IMG/VR virus record: IMGVR_UViG_3300030107_007542
Coordinates: 96,001 to 160,000 of that record
DNA from: a virus
Length of the DNA: 64,000 nt
Strand: one strand, 5' to 3'
Shown: one piece after another, positions 38,778 to 46,545 of the stretch
Layout of the letters: each line of letters begins with the position of its first letter
How positions within the stretch are numbered: position 1 is the first letter of the stretch
Translations under genes and position numbers: made by a program
The notes under the pieces: generated by a model
The model's database searches: none
What the model was told of the DNA's origin: nothing
What the model saw: the letters and a program-made list of their open reading frames with translations, nothing else

Positions 38778-39041
38778 TTAATCTTCTCTTTGCAAGTATA
38801 CTACATTTCCTTCTTGTTTAAAAGCTTTTATTTCATCTACTATATCTTCCATGTCCTCAACTTCCCATGGCATTGGTATGAGGCCATGATGCGACATTCC
38901 CACTTCAAGATAATTTAAACGCTTCCATATATGTAAGTTAATTTCTTCCTGATTGTTGCGGATTTTTGTAACTCCCCATAGAATAGCAAAGTTAAACATA
39001 AATCCTAAAGTCGCTATAAAAAAAACAAATTCTACAGTCAT
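38778..39041 (-). CDS. Hypothetical membrane-anchored protein
   Basis: MTVEFVFFIATLGFMFNFAILWGV TM helix; lies between the two tRNAs. Confidence 0.65.
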   Translation of the reverse strand: MTVEFVFFIATLGFMFNFAILWGVTKIRNNQEEINLHIWKRLNYLEVGMSHHGLIPMPWEVEDMEDIVDEIKAFKQEGNVVYLQRED

Positions 39042-39048
39042 AATAATT

Positions 39049-39124
39049 TGGTGCCGGCACACGGGTTCGAACCGCGGACCTGCTGTTTACAAGACAGCTG
39101 CTCTACCAACTGAGCTATGCCGGC
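39049..39124 (-). tRNA. trnT: tRNA-Thr(UGU)
   Basis: GCCGGCA...TGCCGGC stem, GCTGT-CTTGTAA-ACAGC anticodon arm, GGTTCGAACC, encoded CCA. Confidence 0.95.
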
Positions 39125-39327
39125 TGCTTGATCCATACTATACTTAATGGCAAGTAATTCTCTGGAGATGTAATCTTAACAGCTCTGTACCCTTCGAATC
39201 CAATCCATGGCATTCCTACAACTTCGAGAGCCAGTGTTGTTTCGTATTTATCCTCAAAGTTCGGATAGTAAAAATTATAATGGCCCTTTTGTGAGCCATA
39301 ACAAGTGGTTCCCTTTGGAATTATCAT
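39115..39327 (-). CDS. Hypothetical protein
   Basis: 70-aa ORF; its stop codon lies inside the first 10 nt of tRNA-Thr. Confidence 0.55.
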   Translation of the reverse strand: MIIPKGTTCYGSQKGHYNFYYPNFEDKYETTLALEVVGMPWIGFEGYRAVKITSPENYLPLSIVWIKQPA

Positions 39328-39341
39328 AACATTTTCTTTCT

Positions 39342-39551
39342 TTAGTCGCCTATATCTACACTATAGGAATAGGTTACGATTACGTAATAACCCTCAAACG
39401 TGCCCGGAGCGATCTTTCGAATTATATGAGCTTTTTCTTTACTGTCTGTGTGTATGTAAAGGGTGGGGCCCAGGGTGCCATTTCTAAAGTCATAATTCCA
39501 CTCAGGATCTAACTCTATGGCTGCTTTTAAAATGATCTCATCTTTTAACAA
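39342..39551 (-). CDS. Hypothetical protein
   Basis: 69-aa ORF packed in the operon. Confidence 0.55.
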   Translation of the reverse strand: MLKDEIILKAAIELDPEWNYDFRNGTLGPTLYIHTDSKEKAHIIRKIAPGTFEGYYVIVTYSYSVDIGD

Positions 39552-39554
39552 GTC

Positions 39555-39749
39555 TTACTCTTTTCGTTTGCGACGAACTTTCTTGTGCAACTTTTCAAAA
39601 AGCAGCTTTTTCCAGAGAGTTCCTTCTATTTCCTCTTTCGGCATGTCAAGCGAATAAAGACCAGCTAGAAGTAGTCTAATTTCCCTATTTGACAAATAGA
39701 TAGTTTTAAGAAAAGCCGGTAGCTTTTTTTCATGGTGATTGTTAGACAT
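39555..39749 (-). CDS. Hypothetical basic protein
   Basis: 64-aa ORF preceded by GGAG and a CTAATTA motif. Confidence 0.55.
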   Translation of the reverse strand: MSNNHHEKKLPAFLKTIYLSNREIRLLLAGLYSLDMPKEEIEGTLWKKLLFEKLHKKVRRKRKE

Positions 39750-39810
39750 ACAATATTTGGCTCCGTACTAATTAGCCGGCCTCATGTGTTTCCTCTTTAT
39801 TCATTTTAAC

Positions 39811-39839
39811 AGTATAAAGGAAAACTTTTCACCTGTCAA
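39811..39839 (-). promoter_or_regulatory. sigma70-type promoter
   Basis: TTGACA-17 nt-TATACT on the minus strand, upstream of the small-ORF/tRNA cluster. Confidence 0.8.
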
Positions 39840-39840
39840 T

Positions 39841-39864
39841 AAAAAACCCCCTCCGAAGAGGGGG
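39841..39864 (-). terminator. Rho-independent terminator
   Basis: CCCCCTC-TTCG-GAGGGGG followed by TTTTTT. Confidence 0.9.
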
Positions 39865-39890
39865 CAAAATATAGAATATTTTATTTTAAA

Positions 39891-40397
39891 CTAAGCCAGT
39901 CGATAGACAACATAAGCCTCTGAGCCAGAAGTTACGTTTGTAAACCGCATGCGGAACAGGCCAGAGCCTGATCCACGAATACCAGCGACCAATTGACTGT
40001 CAACAACCATAAGACCAACGGCGCTGCCGCCGGTGCCCACTGCGACTGTGATTTTTTCATCAGCTGCACTGGTAGCATCATTAATAACCACAAAGTCAAT
40101 GCAATCGTTCACTGCAACGTTGTTCACTCCAGCAACCGCAAGAGCGGCCGTTGGAAGAGTCCAAGTGGCGTTCCCCTCAGGATCATCATGAAGAATTCCT
40201 GTCACAATCTCAGCAATAGTAATTGTCTGAGCTGAAGCGCCTGGTGTGGCGGGGGCCGGATACTTTACAACCAGCCCTGGGGCGGTGGTAGCGTTCCCAC
40301 GGGCAAATATTGTTCCGGATGTGGTAGCCTTACGAACTACCAGATCCATTGCAGGGCCCATCTGCTTTCTTAGTAAATTTACTGCTCTTTTACTCAT
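39891..40397 (-). CDS. Putative capsid decoration/structural protein
   Basis: 168-aa Ala/Thr/Gly/Val-rich beta protein with strong SD (AGGAGGG) and its own terminator. Confidence 0.5.
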   Translation of the reverse strand: MSKRAVNLLRKQMGPAMDLVVRKATTSGTIFARGNATTAPGLVVKYPAPATPGASAQTITIAEIVTGILHDDPEGNATWTLPTAALAVAGVNNVAVNDCIDFVVINDATSAADEKITVAVGTGGSAVGLMVVDSQLVAGIRGSGSGLFRMRFTNVTSGSEAYVVYRLA

Positions 40398-40516
40398 TTT
40401 ATTCCCTCCTATAGGTTTTGTTTTGTAATAATTATTATCTATAAAATCCCCGGAGGTCCGGTTCTTATACGTTATATTTAGTGAGGGAAGCTGTCTTTAG
40501 ACTAAATTTTATCTTC

Positions 40517-40777
40517 CTAATGAATAAGCCTTGCGATGACCAAATAATGAGGCCCTCGCTTAACAACTTTGGTTTCCATTAAAACGTTACATACGGTGTC
40601 TGTGCATTGTTCTCTGTGATCCAACCATTGCTTAAGATATTCGGTAGCTGGTTTCTTTGTTTTAAAGACAAAAGGCGCCATCCAATCCCAACCAGGAACT
40701 GTCTTTTGAATTTTCTCCATCTCCTCCAAGTCCTCAATAACTGTGGATAGGCGAGGATTTTCCGTAATATTAAACAT
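40517..40777 (-). CDS. Hypothetical protein
   Basis: 86-aa ORF coupled to the upstream gene. Confidence 0.6.
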   Translation of the reverse strand: MFNITENPRLSTVIEDLEEMEKIQKTVPGWDWMAPFVFKTKKPATEYLKQWLDHREQCTDTVCNVLMETKVVKRGPHYLVIARLIH

Positions 40778-41019
40778 TACCTCTTTTTCCTTTTGTTTTT
40801 CTTAGGAGACTCTGGTGATGTTTTAGCCGGATCCAGGCGAGTTTTGACAGCAAAAAACTGGCTATTGCGAGGGCCCATTACATGTACCTTAACTTGCATT
40901 GTATCAGTTTCAGTCAATAATCCATTTCGGTGAAGATCAGCCTCCGCATACGTCTTGCAACGACGTACGATTTTCCAACGAGGACCTTCAGTGTGTTTCG
41001 TTTCTTCTGTTTGAGTCAT
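40777..41019 (-). CDS. Hypothetical basic protein
   Basis: Start MTQTEE after AAGGAG; Lys/Arg-rich tail. Confidence 0.65.
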   Translation of the reverse strand: MTQTEETKHTEGPRWKIVRRCKTYAEADLHRNGLLTETDTMQVKVHVMGPRNSQFFAVKTRLDPAKTSPESPKKNKRKKR

Positions 41020-41246
41020 GCTGACTCCTTCCATAGTATAGTGGCGTCTTCTGGCCAATAAATTTGTTCACCAGTGCCTACTACCAATATTTTATATACT
41101 GTAATTGATTTGTCAAGAACTAATCCAATAAATCTTTTGGGCTTATGAGCTATGTGATCAAAACGCCGAGCTTCATCGACACATATCACTAGATCTCCTA
41201 CCGTCGCTGCCTTAGACCTTCCGTATCCCAACCGCCCATCATCCAC
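41016..41246 (-). CDS. Small SH3/KOW-like hypothetical protein
   Basis: VGDLV...GLVL pattern. Start uncertain. Confidence 0.5.
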   Translation of the reverse strand: MDDGRLGYGRSKAATVGDLVICVDEARRFDHIAHKPKRFIGLVLDKSITVYKILVVGTGEQIYWPEDATILWKESA

Positions 41247-41779
41247 TTTTCATTCATGAGGTGATTAATTTTATTATAATGAAGAAACCCTAAAGCATGC
41301 CCTAACTCGTGCTCCAAAACAGTTTCTCTTACGTCGGGCCTTAAATAGATGACTGCGTATTCCACCTGATTTGTCGCGTTATCAATAAAGAAATGTGTCT
41401 GTGCTAAGGCTGTTTCTTCCATTTTTATGCCCAAGGTTACCATGTGAATTATAATATAACCTTTGGGGTTCTCGCTTAAGCATTTATTCATTGGATCGTG
41501 CTTATACTGAGTATTGTAGAAACGATAACCTAGGTCTTTCCAGAATCTTACGGCCTTATCTACTTCGGTCTTTTTTACTGGTGCATGTTCACAAACAATC
41601 ACTGTAGGGGTCAGTCCCCAGCGCGCGGCCTGCGGTGGCTTATCATTAACAAGAGGTATTCTGTCGTAGTTGCTAATGTAAGGTCCTGCGGTAACTGGCT
41701 TCGATGATAAAACAACAATCAAACTGAAGCAAACAACATAGATTAAGGCTGCGCAGCCTATCCGTATAGTATCACTCAT
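41198..41779 (-). CDS. Secreted matrixin-like (metzincin) metalloprotease
   Basis: Signal/TM segment, VLEHELGHALGFLH (HExxHxxGxxH) and Met-turn HLMN. Confidence 0.82.
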   Translation of the reverse strand: MSDTIRIGCAALIYVVCFSLIVVLSSKPVTAGPYISNYDRIPLVNDKPPQAARWGLTPTVIVCEHAPVKKTEVDKAVRFWKDLGYRFYNTQYKHDPMNKCLSENPKGYIIIHMVTLGIKMEETALAQTHFFIDNATNQVEYAVIYLRPDVRETVLEHELGHALGFLHYNKINHLMNEKWMMGGWDTEGLRQRR

Positions 41780-41786
41780 ATAATAT

Positions 41787-42305
41787 TTAGTTGAAAAAAC
41801 CAGTTTTGTAATAAATGGTGCCCAAAACTCGCACAGATTCTCCTTCTGGGGGTGGTAAATAAAGAGTTAGTGCTTTATGTACCTCGTCTGGCGGGCGCCA
41901 AATTATTTGAAGGACCGATGCGGCGGAATTCCAGTTTGTATCAAACTCATTACCCAGTTGGTTTTCATAGTGCTCATGACAAGCATATTTATTATTGGTG
42001 AGAATAGCGATGAGATTATCGTGAAGATCATAACCTGAATTAAGAACGATATCTCTTCCGCAAATTGTAAAATAATTCTCCTCATCGTCATCGCGAAGCA
42101 TCGCAAAGGCTACTTGTCCTGAAATAAGATCAGTCTCTAGATTATCTGCGCAGTTAAAAATAAAGGTGTCGGGCCCGGTATTGCGACTCCACCAACAATC
42201 CATCGATGTGTAATAATCACCATATTCCTCGACTCTTAAGTCTTCTTCGATCAAGTTAGCACATGAAGACAAGAACAAAAATAGTAGAAATATTAGTTTA
42301 TACAC
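41787..42305 (-). CDS. Putative lipoprotein
   Basis: MYKLIFLLFLFLSS-C lipobox-like signal; GTG start. Confidence 0.6.
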   Translation of the reverse strand: MYKLIFLLFLFLSSCANLIEEDLRVEEYGDYYTSMDCWWSRNTGPDTFIFNCADNLETDLISGQVAFAMLRDDDEENYFTICGRDIVLNSGYDLHDNLIAILTNNKYACHEHYENQLGNEFDTNWNSAASVLQIIWRPPDEVHKALTLYLPPPEGESVRVLGTIYYKTGFFN

Positions 42306-42364
42306 CTTATATTAATTATATTATAATAATATTAATTGTAGTATACAAGCAAAAAGTATATTTT

Positions 42365-42676
42365 TCATTCGCAACAGTTTATATCGTCATGAGTGTCAGG
42401 TTTGTTGGTCACCTTAAGCCACAAGCCCCACAGAATCGGAATCGCTAGCCAATGAAAACATAGAACTAAAGATGCTGGAATTCCAGCGAAAAACGCTGGA
42501 TGTACATAGTTGCCTAAGATCCCAAATATAATTGGGAAAACAACATCCTCAACAATCTCCCACCCAACAAAGATGATGACAAATGCTAGTCCATTTTTCT
42601 TAAGAAAGGCCTTCAGCTTTTCAATAGAAAAGTTGCTTAGTTTATGAGAGATTCTGGATTTTAGCCAACTAATCAT
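42365..42676 (-). CDS. Hypothetical membrane protein
   Basis: Two to three hydrophobic segments; starts 9 nt after the CCA of the tmRNA-like RNA. Confidence 0.65.
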   Translation of the reverse strand: MISWLKSRISHKLSNFSIEKLKAFLKKNGLAFVIIFVGWEIVEDVVFPIIFGILGNYVHPAFFAGIPASLVLCFHWLAIPILWGLWLKVTNKPDTHDDINCCE

Positions 42677-42684
42677 AAGTTTTT

Positions 42685-42766
42685 TGGTGGAGGTGCGCGG
42701 AATCGAACCGCGGTCCTGAGACTACCATTGCAGGTTTTAATCCCAGTCGAAACCAGAGCCACCCCC
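42685..42766 (-). ncRNA. Minimal tmRNA-like RNA (tRNA-like domain only, 82 nt)
   Basis: GGGGGTGGCTCTGGTTTCGAC-TGGGATTA-AAACCTGCAATGG-TAGTCTCA-GGAC-CGCGG-TTCGATT-CCGCG-CACCTCC-A-CCA. It shows the tmRNA 5' consensus, no D-stem, a G3.U70 pair, A73, CCA and the GGAC linker, with no coding domain. Confidence 0.8.
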
Positions 42767-42778
42767 TCATGTTTTTTC

Positions 42779-42807
42779 TTGACATTCATGTTTATATAAG
42801 TTATTCT
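42779..42807 (+). promoter_or_regulatory. Possible sigma70-type promoter antisense to the Fis-like gene
   Basis: TTGACA-17 nt-TATTCT on the plus strand; no plus-strand gene follows. Confidence 0.35.
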
Positions 42808-43163
42808 AAATCATTCTTATAGGAGTTCTTAATGTCATATTTACGTTTCAAAGCTTTAAAGGTCTGCTCACTAATTCCTAAGATTCTAGTAGCCCCCTTA
42901 TTGGTATCAGTTATACTAATCACTGCATTATATAGCGCTTCCTTCGTAATATCAACCACATTCGACCAAAGATTAAATCCATATAGTTTCCCCCCAGTTA
43001 GTCGACTGGAGCATTCTAATTTAAGGCCTATTAGTTCTTCCAAGGTTAATGTGGAGAGCATGATTTCAAATGCCTCGTTAGATTTGTTTTCGTCTCTCAA
43101 CTTTTTAGAGAGAGAAAGATCTTTACAAAAACCCTGCGAACTTCGTCGCGGAGGTTTGTTCAT
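42801..43163 (-). CDS. Putative DNA-binding protein with Fis-like C-terminal HTH
   Basis: TNKGATRILGISEQTFKALKRKY resembles the Fis/HTH_8 pattern NxxxAAxxLGIsrxTLxxKlkkY. Confidence 0.5.
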   Translation of the reverse strand: MNKPPRRSSQGFCKDLSLSKKLRDENKSNEAFEIMLSTLTLEELIGLKLECSSRLTGGKLYGFNLWSNVVDITKEALYNAVISITDTNKGATRILGISEQTFKALKRKYDIKNSYKNDLE

Positions 43164-43991
43164 TTATAATAAATTTTTAATAATGTCGTCTACATCAAGG
43201 TGCTTAAGCAGCTCTTGCAGTTCTAATCCAACTTCTTCTTCCGCCGCAGCCGGCTCATCAATTGCGTCTTCCTCGGCATCCACAGCCTCTTCAGGCTCGG
43301 GAACATCAGCTGGTAATTCGGACTCATACTTATCGAAATATAAGGCCAGATTTTTAATAAGATATTCTTCGAACATCTTAAGATCCTCAGGATCGTCGAG
43401 ATCATCGTACGCCCGGAGGATTACTTTCGAGATAGTTTGGAAGTCAGTATACGCCTTATTTCGGCCGGTTTTGTCTTCCCCGGAGATTGCAAATTCTTCC
43501 TTTTCAACTTCTCCATCAGATTTTACAACTTCTTTTTCTTCCACATCAATAAAGTCTGGATCATCTTCTGGATTATCAACACTGATATTGATATCCTCAT
43601 CTAGAGGACCACCTTCTACACTGGCAGAGGCCTCAATGGTGTCATCGGCTTCTTTTCGGGACTCTTCAGGTGCAAGTGATTTTTCAACTGCAACTAGAAC
43701 ATGGTTTCTGTAAGACATCCTCTGTTCTTTGGCAGTCGTGAGGGATTTATACCCCTTTTCCAAAACGGAGAGAATGTTAGAATTCTTAAGAAGATCTTCT
43801 AATACGTTAATACCAGTGTTGGCGTGCTTGGCAGTTGTGGTAACAGCGGTTTGACCTTCGCGAATCAAGTCACGAACGAGTTCTCGCAATTGACGCTCGT
43901 CGCTTGTATGTCGCGACTGGACCACTCGGATCGCTCGTCGCACGGTTTCGCGCAATTTCAATTCTTCTGCAAATTCTTCTCTGTTTATCAT
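43164..43991 (-). CDS. Acidic hypothetical protein (putative head internal/scaffold)
   Basis: 275 aa, very Glu/Asp-rich, with repeated LRELVRDLIRE-type helices. Confidence 0.6.
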   Translation of the reverse strand: MINREEFAEELKLRETVRRAIRVVQSRHTSDERQLRELVRDLIREGQTAVTTTAKHANTGINVLEDLLKNSNILSVLEKGYKSLTTAKEQRMSYRNHVLVAVEKSLAPEESRKEADDTIEASASVEGGPLDEDINISVDNPEDDPDFIDVEEKEVVKSDGEVEKEEFAISGEDKTGRNKAYTDFQTISKVILRAYDDLDDPEDLKMFEEYLIKNLALYFDKYESELPADVPEPEEAVDAEEDAIDEPAAAEEEVGLELQELLKHLDVDDIIKNLL

Positions 43992-43993
43992 AG

Positions 43994-45850
43994 TTAGCCC
44001 ACCGATATACCTAATAAATAGTCCATTACTTCGTTAACCAACCCTTCATCTGTCTTCTTGCGCTTTTGTTTGCGTTGTGGTCGACGCCGCAAAGGTTTTC
44101 CTAGGCCTCCGACCCCAATGGCCGCAGATCCGGCGCCCATAGCGGAAACTTCATCGAGTTCCTCTAGAGGCTCTTCTCCCAGTAAGGTTAAGATATCATG
44201 AATTTCTTGCTGATTTAAGGAGCCAGGCAACCCGGCGACAAAATCATCTGTGTCGTCACTCCACAGCGCTTGTCGCATCTGAGTTGCTGAGATCCCTCCG
44301 GCCTGCGGTGGAACAGGAATTTGATTAACCCCAATTCCTCGGGCAGACCCGCGCTGGTCGGCTGCAGCATAGCGGCCGTCAGCAAGATCTTTTTCACCCA
44401 GGATTAAGTTAAGAATATCGCCTTCTTGGGCTTCATTATCCAGATAGTCATAAACAGAACGAACTGGGGAAATATCACCAATTCGAATTTCAACATCTCC
44501 GGGCAAATAAGGCTTATATATTTCCCATATGGCCTTCGCTTGATCAGGACCTATTCCCTCATGAGGTCTGGGTGAAATATAAATGATAAGCTTGTTAACA
44601 TTCGGCTTATTTAAGATTTCTTTAGCTACATCAAAGTGGCCACCATGAGGAGGCTTAAACTTTCCGGGGTACAGAGCTATGCTGTGCCCCTTCTGTTCAC
44701 TTAAAGATTGCTTGGAACGATCGCCGTGGGTAGAAGCAAGTCCTTGAACAATAAAATCACCAGTTAACTTAACTAAGAAATCTTCCATTCCTCTTAGGAC
44801 CACACCCTCGTGGCTTCCTACGCTTCCAGCTTGACTTGTAAGAGCACGTTTCACCGCCTGACCCAAAAGGCGCGTTCCATGATACAGGATCGCTCCATTT
44901 ATTGCGTCTTTTACATCTTCTTGTGAGTCTAAATACTGACTCAGGGGCTGTCCCCCTTCTGTTGCGCTATTTAAAACAGCCATATAAACATCTTTGCTAA
45001 GCGCTCCGACGCTTTTTCCGTCGGCTCTTGTGACTTTGCGTTCTTGTGGATGTTCCACCATGCCGAGCCACTCCCGCAGTGTATTAGTAGCAATACCTCC
45101 AGGAGTAATCTGTACAGAAATGGGTGTTTCGAGTACAGCGTCCAAATCTAAATTGACCTCAGGGTCAAACTCGACAGGAACATCTCCGAAAACTTCAAAG
45201 CCGTACTTTGCCGCAAGTGGACGCACTTTTTCAATAAGACTCAATAAGGCATCCTTATCATAAGGTACTTCGATTCCACCTGCTTTCGTGGGTTTGTCCG
45301 TATTGGGATCAATAGGCCTTTCAAGGCCCGGGCGATCCATAGATGTGCCTTTGCGAATAGCATGAGGTTGAGCTTTTTTAGCGTAAAATTGGTTAATTCC
45401 GTGAATAGCCAAAATGTTCTGATCATACTCTTGAACATTGGACTTTCCTTCAATATACTCAGTATTGAAATACTTGGTAGGATTATCCCACATTCCTAAT
45501 TTTTTAAGATCTGGTTCAATTTCTGGGATTGTGGCATTAAAGATTTTTAGAAGCTTGGCAACTGCGCCAGCCATTCCATGTTCGGGCCCCCACTTCTCTA
45601 GAGCCGCTTCGGCATCGAGGCCTATAACTGAATCGATGTGGTTGGTTCCCCGATCCATGCGAAACTCTTTTTCACCATCGTCATTTGTGATGAGTTTAAA
45701 ACTGGTATTAATACCGTCCCATTTAACGCTGCCATCAATCTCTTGATTTTGAAGACGCAATACAGCATCATTGATATAATCAATTAAATCCTGCCCGGTT
45801 TTAACCCTCTCTACATCAAAAGGGTGCGCCATATGGCCTGGGGTACCCAT
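43994..45850 (-). CDS. Two-domain protein: KxDG ligase-like N-terminus plus HxGH nucleotidyltransferase
   Basis: GHMAHPFD, SVKWDGINTS, HEGVVL; C-terminal LYPGKFKPPHGGHF and ISATQMR. Confidence 0.65.
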   Translation of the reverse strand: MGTPGHMAHPFDVERVKTGQDLIDYINDAVLRLQNQEIDGSVKWDGINTSFKLITNDDGEKEFRMDRGTNHIDSVIGLDAEAALEKWGPEHGMAGAVAKLLKIFNATIPEIEPDLKKLGMWDNPTKYFNTEYIEGKSNVQEYDQNILAIHGINQFYAKKAQPHAIRKGTSMDRPGLERPIDPNTDKPTKAGGIEVPYDKDALLSLIEKVRPLAAKYGFEVFGDVPVEFDPEVNLDLDAVLETPISVQITPGGIATNTLREWLGMVEHPQERKVTRADGKSVGALSKDVYMAVLNSATEGGQPLSQYLDSQEDVKDAINGAILYHGTRLLGQAVKRALTSQAGSVGSHEGVVLRGMEDFLVKLTGDFIVQGLASTHGDRSKQSLSEQKGHSIALYPGKFKPPHGGHFDVAKEILNKPNVNKLIIYISPRPHEGIGPDQAKAIWEIYKPYLPGDVEIRIGDISPVRSVYDYLDNEAQEGDILNLILGEKDLADGRYAAADQRGSARGIGVNQIPVPPQAGGISATQMRQALWSDDTDDFVAGLPGSLNQQEIHDILTLLGEEPLEELDEVSAMGAGSAAIGVGGLGKPLRRRPQRKQKRKKTDEGLVNEVMDYLLGISVG

Positions 45851-45853
45851 TAG

Positions 45854-46102
45854 TTACTCCTTGCTTTCTTCTAGAACCTTCACTTGCTCTTCTAGAACAT
45901 TAACTCGCTCTTGCAGTCTGCGAGAGTGTCGACGCACTTCCTTAAGGTTAGCTTTAGCTACTTCGATTCGTCGTTCATCTGTGCGCGTACGAGGAGAAAT
46001 TGAGTTAAGAACTTCAGAAACAGACTGAATATAGCTAGCCAAACTGGGGGCTTTGCCCTCGCCCATCAAGAACTCGCGAGTCATGCGTCGTAAGTCGGTC
46101 AT
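45854..46102 (-). CDS. Hypothetical coiled-coil protein
   Basis: 82 aa, LQERVNVLEEQVKVLEE heptads. Confidence 0.65.
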   Translation of the reverse strand: MTDLRRMTREFLMGEGKAPSLASYIQSVSEVLNSISPRTRTDERRIEVAKANLKEVRRHSRRLQERVNVLEEQVKVLEESKE

Positions 46103-46245
46103 TACTTTTCACTAGATTTGGTAGTAGTACTCGAAGACTTCTTACGTGGTTTCTTGGGAGCGGCTACTTTCGGTTTTGAAACCTCAGGCTCTTCTACCTT
46201 TTCAACCGCCGGCTTAGGCGGGGTGATAATCCATGGAGCAGCCAT
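46102..46245 (-). CDS. Small Lys/Pro/Ser-rich protein
   Basis: Manual translation MAAPWIITPPKPAVEKVEEPEVSKPKVAAPKKPRKKSSSTTTKSSEK; SD GAGGAG; TAATG coupling. Confidence 0.65.
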   Translation of the reverse strand: MAAPWIITPPKPAVEKVEEPEVSKPKVAAPKKPRKKSSSTTTKSSEK

Positions 46246-46247
46246 TT

Positions 46248-46544
46248 TTACTTCTCCTCTTTCTTGGTTCTGGAACCCCTTCGGGTTCTCTTCGGTGTGG
46301 ACTCAGCCACGGGTTCGGCTTTTTTGGCTTTAGCTTTTTCCTCAGCCTTAGCAGCTTCAGCAGCAACCCGCGCTTCTTCTTTCGCTCTTGCCTCAGCTTT
46401 AACCTTTTCTGCTTCGGCTCGTGCTTTTTGAGCAACGTCAGCCTGTCGAACCGTCTCTTCAGCTTGGGCCCTGAGAGCTTCGGCGGCTTCTTCTGCCGCG
46501 GCAAGGGCTGCCAGCCTCCTTCGTTTAACGTTTGGTGCTACCAT
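46248..46544 (-). CDS. Ala/Glu/Lys-rich helical protein
   Basis: 98-aa low-complexity coiled coil with a basic tail. Confidence 0.65.
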   Translation of the reverse strand: MVAPNVKRRRLAALAAAEEAAEALRAQAEETVRQADVAQKARAEAEKVKAEARAKEEARVAAEAAKAEEKAKAKKAEPVAESTPKRTRRGSRTKKEEK

Positions 46545-46545
46545 C

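Noticed and set aside
38404-38778. 124-aa ORF as given in the track
   Set aside because: Its first 30 codons are tRNA-Asn; the real start is ATG 38688 with an SD.
42685-42766. Ordinary tRNA-Ala, or an attP-type 3' fragment of host ssrA
   Set aside because: There is no D-stem and no anticodon stem around TGC, while the tmRNA-specific 5' consensus is present. att remnants keep only one end, whereas both ends and helix 2a pair here. No integrase is in the window.
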